64,000 nucleotides of DNA from an uncultured Chloroflexales bacterium (GTDB taxonomy: Bacteria; Chloroflexota; Chloroflexia; Chloroflexales; Chloroflexaceae): assembly GCA_937918935.1 (NCBI GenBank), contig CAKZSI010000050.1:2736-66735 (forward strand), written 5' to 3'. The translations under genes were made by a program, and so were the position numbers. Below, in pieces: positions 57,080 through 64,000 of the stretch. The number at the start of each line of letters is the position of its first letter. Within the stretch, counting starts at the first letter, position 1. The notes beneath the pieces were generated by a model. That model did not search any database. It was not told the DNA's origin and saw only the letters and a program-made list of their open reading frames with translations.

Positions 57080-57739
57080 TTAATTGATCGTTTCCGTGGT
57101 ACTGGTGCAGAGATAGATCACCCGCTCGCCAATGTTTGTGGCGCGGTCGGCGCTGCGTTCCAGTGCGTGGACCACTTCGAGCAGGTCAATGACTGCCTCA
57201 AGCTGTTCGGGCCTGGCTTGCGCCTCGGCAATGAGGTGCTCGCGCAGTCGGTCTTCGAGTTCATCGACGCGCTCGTCGGTAGCGGAGAGACTGTGCGCCA
57301 GATCGGTGTCCTGTCTCAGAAAGGACTCCAGGCTGGTGTTGATCATCTGGATGGCCAGCGTCGCCATCTCGTTGATCTGAGAGGGCGGGAGAAGCAGAGT
57401 GGACCGGCGCACTGCCCGGCGCACGCGGCGGGCGATGCTGTTGGCATAATCGCCGATGCGCTCAAGCTCGCCGGCGATGGCGGTCACAGTGGTGATCAGC
57501 CGCAGATCACTGGCCACGATCGGCTGCTGGGTGGCGAGCAGGCGGATGGTGCGCTCTTCCAGGTCGTGCCAGGTGGCGTCAATCTTCGGGTCGTCACCAG
57601 TAACACGGGTCGCTTCCAGTGCGTCCCAGGTCTCCAGGGCATGCAGCGCGTGTAGCAGCGCCTGCTCGACCATACTGCCCATGCGCAACAGATCTTCGCG
57701 CAGGCTATTGATCTGGCGTGTATAGCGCTCGCGTAACAT
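57080..57739 (-). CDS. phoU: Phosphate signalling complex protein PhoU
   Basis: Two PhoU repeats (DDPKIDATWHDLEERTIRLLATQQP and ELERIGDYANSIARR; ALERSADRATNIGERVIYL). ATG at 57739. Confidence 0.9.
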   Translation of the reverse strand: MLRERYTRQINSLREDLLRMGSMVEQALLHALHALETWDALEATRVTGDDPKIDATWHDLEERTIRLLATQQPIVASDLRLITTVTAIAGELERIGDYANSIARRVRRAVRRSTLLLPPSQINEMATLAIQMINTSLESFLRQDTDLAHSLSATDERVDELEDRLREHLIAEAQARPEQLEAVIDLLEVVHALERSADRATNIGERVIYLCTSTTETIN

Positions 57740-57762
57740 ATACTCGTCCTTTCTGGCGTGAT

Positions 57763-57783
57763 GCGGAAACCGAGTTTCTCCGC
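57763..57783. repeat. Degenerate REP-like copy
   Basis: GCGGAAACCGAGTTTCTCCGC. Confidence 0.55.
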
Positions 57784-57892
57784 ACCTCCACCTGGCGGAG
57801 AACCAGCAGGGTGAAGCCATCCCGGCCCTTCTCCTTCACGTCCTTGCCGGACAGGCCACTAACATAGGAGGGTCATGCTATCACATATGTAC

Positions 57893-57921
57893 TTGCCTTG
57901 CAAGATGTGATATCTTAGACT
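57893..57921 (+). promoter_or_regulatory. Candidate promoter embedded in a nested palindrome
   Basis: TTGCCT (57893-98), a 17-nt spacer, then TAGACT (57916-21). It overlaps the palindromes TATCACAT...ATGTGATA and CTTGCAAG. Confidence 0.25.
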
Positions 57922-58233
57922 AGAGATCACGCAATGATACTGCTGGTAAGCCTGGGAGCGCGGGTCTCCGGCTCGCAGACGGGAGGAGTGCCCGCACTCC
58001 CGGCCACGACCACGCGAGAGTTCGCCAGCAGTATAATGCAACGTCTGCCTCCGGCAGCAGGATCTGGGACGGCTACCCCGCCAAAACCAACCAGAAACCA
58101 TGGGGCTGGAGCAAGCCCCAACGCTGTCAGATGTCGCAACACTCTTAGACGTAGCTTCGCTGTAGGGAGGAAGCAACACCGTGGCGCTGCCAGGTGGAGC
58201 TTCGATACTCCAGCGACTTGCAAAGGTAACGTG

Positions 58234-59643
58234 ATGCGCCTGCGTCTCCGATGGATGCTGATCCTGGCTGCCCTTGCGCTGATGCCTGTCTCGGTCCGCG
58301 TAACAACCGGCACTCGGTCGTCACTCCGGATCTACCTGCCCATTACGGGTATGCCGGCCCAACCATCACTCCTCGGTTTTCAGAGTGCTCCAGACTACCT
58401 ATCGCGTCCAGAGATACGAGCGCGGGCCGCTGATCTTGGTGCGCGATGGGTGCGACTCGATGGTTTCCTCTGGCACGAGGTTCAGGCGCAACCGGGTGGC
58501 GCCTACAACTGGCAGGCCCTCGAACGGGTGGACAGCGCGCTTGCGAGCGCGCGTGCACTTGGCCTCAGGCCCGTAGGTATTATCCGTGGCGCGCCAGCGT
58601 GGGCGGGGGTGGTTCCCTCGAACTGTGCCGCCATTCGTGACGAGTATTTCGGTGAATTTGCAGCCTTTCTGGAGACGCTTGCATGGCGCTATCGCGATAA
58701 GGTGGACTACTGGGAACTCGGGAACGAGCCGGACGTTGACCCCGGCCTTGTGCCGAGCGACTCGCCACTTGGATGTATGGGAGACGTGAATGATCCTTAC
58801 TATGGAGGCGAGCGTTATGGCCGAATGCTTCAGATCGCCGCCCCGGCCTTACGGCGCGGCAATCCGCAGGCAACGATCATCTTCGGTGGTCTCCTCTTAG
58901 CCGCAAGTTCTACGAGCGATCCCCGTATGGGAAGACCGGAGCGTTTCTTCGAAGGAGCGTTGCGGGCCGGAGGTGAAGCGTATGTTGATATTCTGGCCTA
59001 CCATACGTATCCATCGTACAGCGGCCAGCCGTTGCTTGATCACGACATCGATCAGCCCAGTTCCTGGCAGCCTCTTGGTGGCTGGACAGCAGGGAAAGCA
59101 GCCTTCTTGCAAGAGGTGATGTCGCGTTACGGGGTACAGAAGCCTCTGTGGCTGAATGAAACCAGCCTGATCTGTTCTTCGAATTCATTGTACTGTGCAG
59201 CGCCAGATGGGGCGTTTTTTGAGGCCCAGGCCCAGCATCTCGTCCGAATGGTTGCCCGCGCCGCTGCGGCGGGGGTCAGCCAGGTCACCTGGTACACGCT
59301 GGAAGGCCCGGGCTGGCTCTGGTCCAGTCTGCTCGACGAAAGGCAAGAGCCGCGGCCTGCGTATGTCGCCTTCCAGAACATGGCGCGCATGGTTGAACCG
59401 TTCAGCGAGGTCCGCCGTGTGGAGTATGGAGTGGGAATAGAAGCCTATCGTTTTGTGCGCGGCTCGAAGGTCGTTGATGTGCTCTGGTCGCAGGGAGGCG
59501 AACCGCGGGTCGTCAGAATTCCGTTTAGCCGCTACATTGGGGCAAAGCGCCTTGATGGGGTTAGCATAGCCGGTCGGATCGTTCATACCTCGGTGCAATT
59601 GCAGGTGGATTTTGCGCCCATATTCATCGAGCGTCGCCCGTAA
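58234..59643 (+). CDS. Secreted clan GH-A (TIM-barrel, GH5/GH39-like) glycoside hydrolase
   Basis: Signal-like MRLRLRWMLILAALALMPVSV. Acid/base YWELGNEPD and nucleophile region LWLNETS. ATG at 58234 inside the longer tracked ORF. Confidence 0.65.
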   Translation: MRLRLRWMLILAALALMPVSVRVTTGTRSSLRIYLPITGMPAQPSLLGFQSAPDYLSRPEIRARAADLGARWVRLDGFLWHEVQAQPGGAYNWQALERVDSALASARALGLRPVGIIRGAPAWAGVVPSNCAAIRDEYFGEFAAFLETLAWRYRDKVDYWELGNEPDVDPGLVPSDSPLGCMGDVNDPYYGGERYGRMLQIAAPALRRGNPQATIIFGGLLLAASSTSDPRMGRPERFFEGALRAGGEAYVDILAYHTYPSYSGQPLLDHDIDQPSSWQPLGGWTAGKAAFLQEVMSRYGVQKPLWLNETSLICSSNSLYCAAPDGAFFEAQAQHLVRMVARAAAAGVSQVTWYTLEGPGWLWSSLLDERQEPRPAYVAFQNMARMVEPFSEVRRVEYGVGIEAYRFVRGSKVVDVLWSQGGEPRVVRIPFSRYIGAKRLDGVSIAGRIVHTSVQLQVDFAPIFIERRP

Positions 59644-59690
59644 TGTGATTGTGGATTGCCGTATATGGTGTTCCACGTCTCGGGAAACAA

Positions 59691-59719
59691 GGGCGCGGAG
59701 GTTACAGCCCTCCGCGCCC
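59691..59719. terminator. Hairpin between the convergent GH and clpB genes
   Basis: 11-bp stem GGGCGCGGAGG / CCTCCGCGCCC with a 7-nt loop. On the minus strand it is followed by TTGTTT. Confidence 0.35.
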
Positions 59720-59747
59720 TCCGTAACACTACGCGACCGGCCGTGGC

Positions 59748-62354
<2,607 letters not shown>

Positions 62355-62580
62355 GGGCGTATTCCTCCCTGTTCACAATGCTGAGCGTATCGTAACACGC
62401 GCGCATCTGCCATACACTAGTGGGGTATTAGCATTGTGTTAGACTCCTGGGCGGCTTCGCTGCTCACCAGGAGGCGGGAAGGAAGATTCCTCGAAGGGCT
62501 GACCCTCCCCGACTCTCCCGTCGGGGTGCCAGGGGAGATGCCCGGGAGGGCTGCGCCATGCTAGCCGGGAGGAGGGCCCT

Positions 62581-62600
62581 GGGGAAACCTGTTTTCCTGG
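62581..62600. repeat. Degenerate REP-like copy
   Basis: GGGGAAACCTGTTTTCCTGG, flanked by CCGGGAGGAGGG and GCCTCCCATCCCGGG. Confidence 0.55.
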
Positions 62601-62661
62601 AAGGGCGCAAGCCTCCCATCCCGGGGGTGGAGGGGTGGACCAGCGTGGCTCTGGCAGCGCC

Positions 62662-62859
62662 TCAGGCGCCCAGGAAGCGCCCGACAAGCGCCAGCACCAG
62701 CAACACGAGCAGGAACCACAGCAACAGAGCCCCCGGCCCGCCAGCGGGAGACTCGCTCTGGGTGACAATGATCTGGGGCGGTGGCGGAGGCGTCCGCGAT
62801 TGCAGGGCCACGGCCAGGATGAACAGCAGGATCAGGACGAAGACGATGTTCCCCTCCAT
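62662..62859 (-). CDS. Small two-TM membrane protein (65 aa)
   Basis: Two hydrophobic helices separated by PPPPPQIIVTQSESPAGG. AAGGAG SD 8-9 nt upstream of the ATG. Confidence 0.5.
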   Translation of the reverse strand: MEGNIVFVLILLFILAVALQSRTPPPPPQIIVTQSESPAGGPGALLLWFLLVLLVLALVGRFLGA

Positions 62860-63217
62860 AGTGGGCGCTCCTTTCTCCTCGGAACCGTGCTATGGCTTCC
62901 GGCCAACCAGACCGGTCGCTTGAGTCCTTGACTCCACGGTTCTGTGCTGCCCGTCGCCGGCGGGTGCTGCCAGTACGGTCGTAAGGCGCGCAGGGATAGG
63001 ATGCGTGTCAGGGCGTTCTGCGCGGTGGCGAGAGGCTCTTGAGGCCGCTCTATTGTTCTATCGTCACTGGTGTTACAGCAAAGGGTGGGCGCCCAACAAT
63101 TGAAAAAAGACCGCACCGGCGAAGGACGACATGATGCATCCCAGGGGGCGAACGACCATGCGTAGGAGGTTCGCGGACAAGCGGGGGGATGGATGTAATC
63201 TGAGGGAGAGGGAAAGG

Positions 63218-63466
63218 TTAGGAGTACAAAGCCTCGTCGGCGGCGTCAGACAGCAGGGCCGGCGGCGGCGCGGCAAGCCGCGCAACCAGCCGCCGGCGCC
63301 GCCGCTCAAGGTCGGGATCGTCCGGGACCTCATCATCGGGGAGATCAATGAACTGCATCACGGCGAGCAACCGGCGCTCGTGAGGGGTGCAGCGTTCGAT
63401 CTCCTCTCTGGTGAAGTACAGGAGCAAGAGCGCTTCTGCGCTTTGCTCCCAGGAAATCTGCTCCAT
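63218..63466 (-). CDS. Hypothetical acidic small protein (82 aa)
   Basis: ORF with a plausible GAGGA SD. No recognisable motif. Confidence 0.35.
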   Translation of the reverse strand: MEQISWEQSAEALLLLYFTREEIERCTPHERRLLAVMQFIDLPDDEVPDDPDLERRRRRLVARLAAPPPALLSDAADEALYS

Positions 63467-63521
63467 ATGTAATGGTCCTCGTATGCCGGGCGGGTATGGG
63501 AAGCGGCGCTAACGCCGGTCC

Positions 63522-64000
63522 CTATGCTCCCCGCGGCACGCAATTCGCCGGGCCGGGCGGGTAGGTGGAACTCCCGGCTTCACCGGCGAGTGGGCGTGGG
63601 CAGCGCGTGTATGCCTGGTGGCTGGTCCTTCTCCTCCGTAAGACGTGGAAGAACGGAATTGCTCCGGCCAGGACCGCACTTGCCGGTTTGCTGGAGGACG
63701 TACCGGAGAATGGTCCTGCCGATGGACAGGGGTAGGCGACGGATGCACTTACGAAGATCCCCGCAGCGCTGTCGGAACGTGGTGACGCGAACCAGATCCG
63801 CACGCGATCCGTGCCGGGTGGCACATCGGGGAGCATCACCTCCTCAATAATCAGGATTGAGCCGGCGTTCGGCGCCGTTTGCACGTGGGCAACTACACCG
63901 CCGCCCTCGGCGCCGAAGATAACGGGCTGCTCGTCCTGGACGGCGATGAAAACGCCACGCACCCGCAGGTCGCCGCGCTGTTCCAGCGTCTGGGGCAGAA
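63522..64000 (-). CDS. Hypothetical protein, 3' part; the frame stays open to the window edge
   Basis: The reading frame continues upstream of the tracked GTG (…LPQTLEQRGDLRVRGVFIAVQDEQPVIFG…). The C-terminal third is low-complexity, so the true stop is uncertain. Confidence 0.3.
   Translation of the reverse strand, partial: LPQTLEQRGDLRVRGVFIAVQDEQPVIFGAEGGGVVAHVQTAPNAGSILIIEEVMLPDVPPGTDRVRIWFASPRSDSAAGIFVSASVAYPCPSAGPFSGTSSSKPASAVLAGAIPFFHVLRRRRTSHQAYTRCPRPLAGEAGSSTYPPGPANCVPRGA

Noticed and set aside
57850-59700. Genomic island or mobile element around the lower-GC glycoside hydrolase gene
   Set aside because: I found no integrase, transposase, tRNA target or flanking direct repeats. Only a compositional shift is visible, so it is reported as a possible horizontal acquisition, not as a mobile element.

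Overview
This is a visibly GC-rich bacterial chromosomal segment. The gene content and a very abundant GGGGAAACC-N-GGTTTCCCC intergenic palindrome suggest a Chloroflexota (Roseiflexus-like) genome, but that is recognition from memory and cannot be verified here. Most of the window is housekeeping: a complete F1Fo ATP synthase operon (atpBEFHAGDC) followed by mreB, plus GTP-PEP carboxykinase, clpB, a class A PBP, recO, scpA, pxpABC, larB/larE, TRAP dctQM, phoU, a purine nucleoside phosphorylase and methylmalonyl-CoA epimerase. Signal-transduction genes are unusually dense: five histidine kinases (mostly GAF-containing), several receiver proteins, a Ser/Thr kinase and a giant STAND regulator. 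I found no rRNA, tRNA, CRISPR array, transposase or integrase. The most unusual items are: (1) a ~960-aa cytoplasmic protein fusing a papain-like (C1) and a clan-CD (C25/caspase-like) cysteine peptidase domain; (2) an FmrO/Rmt/Arm-type 16S rRNA m7G1405 methyltransferase homologue whose start overlaps the stop of a GAF-PAS kinase; (3) a dispersed REP-like palindromic repeat family with about 18 copies, all intergenic, including copies inside the atp operon and a 67-bp tandem array; (4) a MalT-like STAND ATPase with a C-terminal SARP (wHTH+BTAD) module, preceded by a multi-hairpin spacer and bracketed by a collinear inverted sequence pair; (5) a stand-alone TaqI-like specificity-domain protein with no methyltransferase domain; (6) a receiver-Roadblock/LC7 fusion. 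Many long ORFs in the six-frame track are antisense shadow ORFs typical of high-GC DNA and were rejected. All functional calls rest on motif recognition by eye, with no database search.
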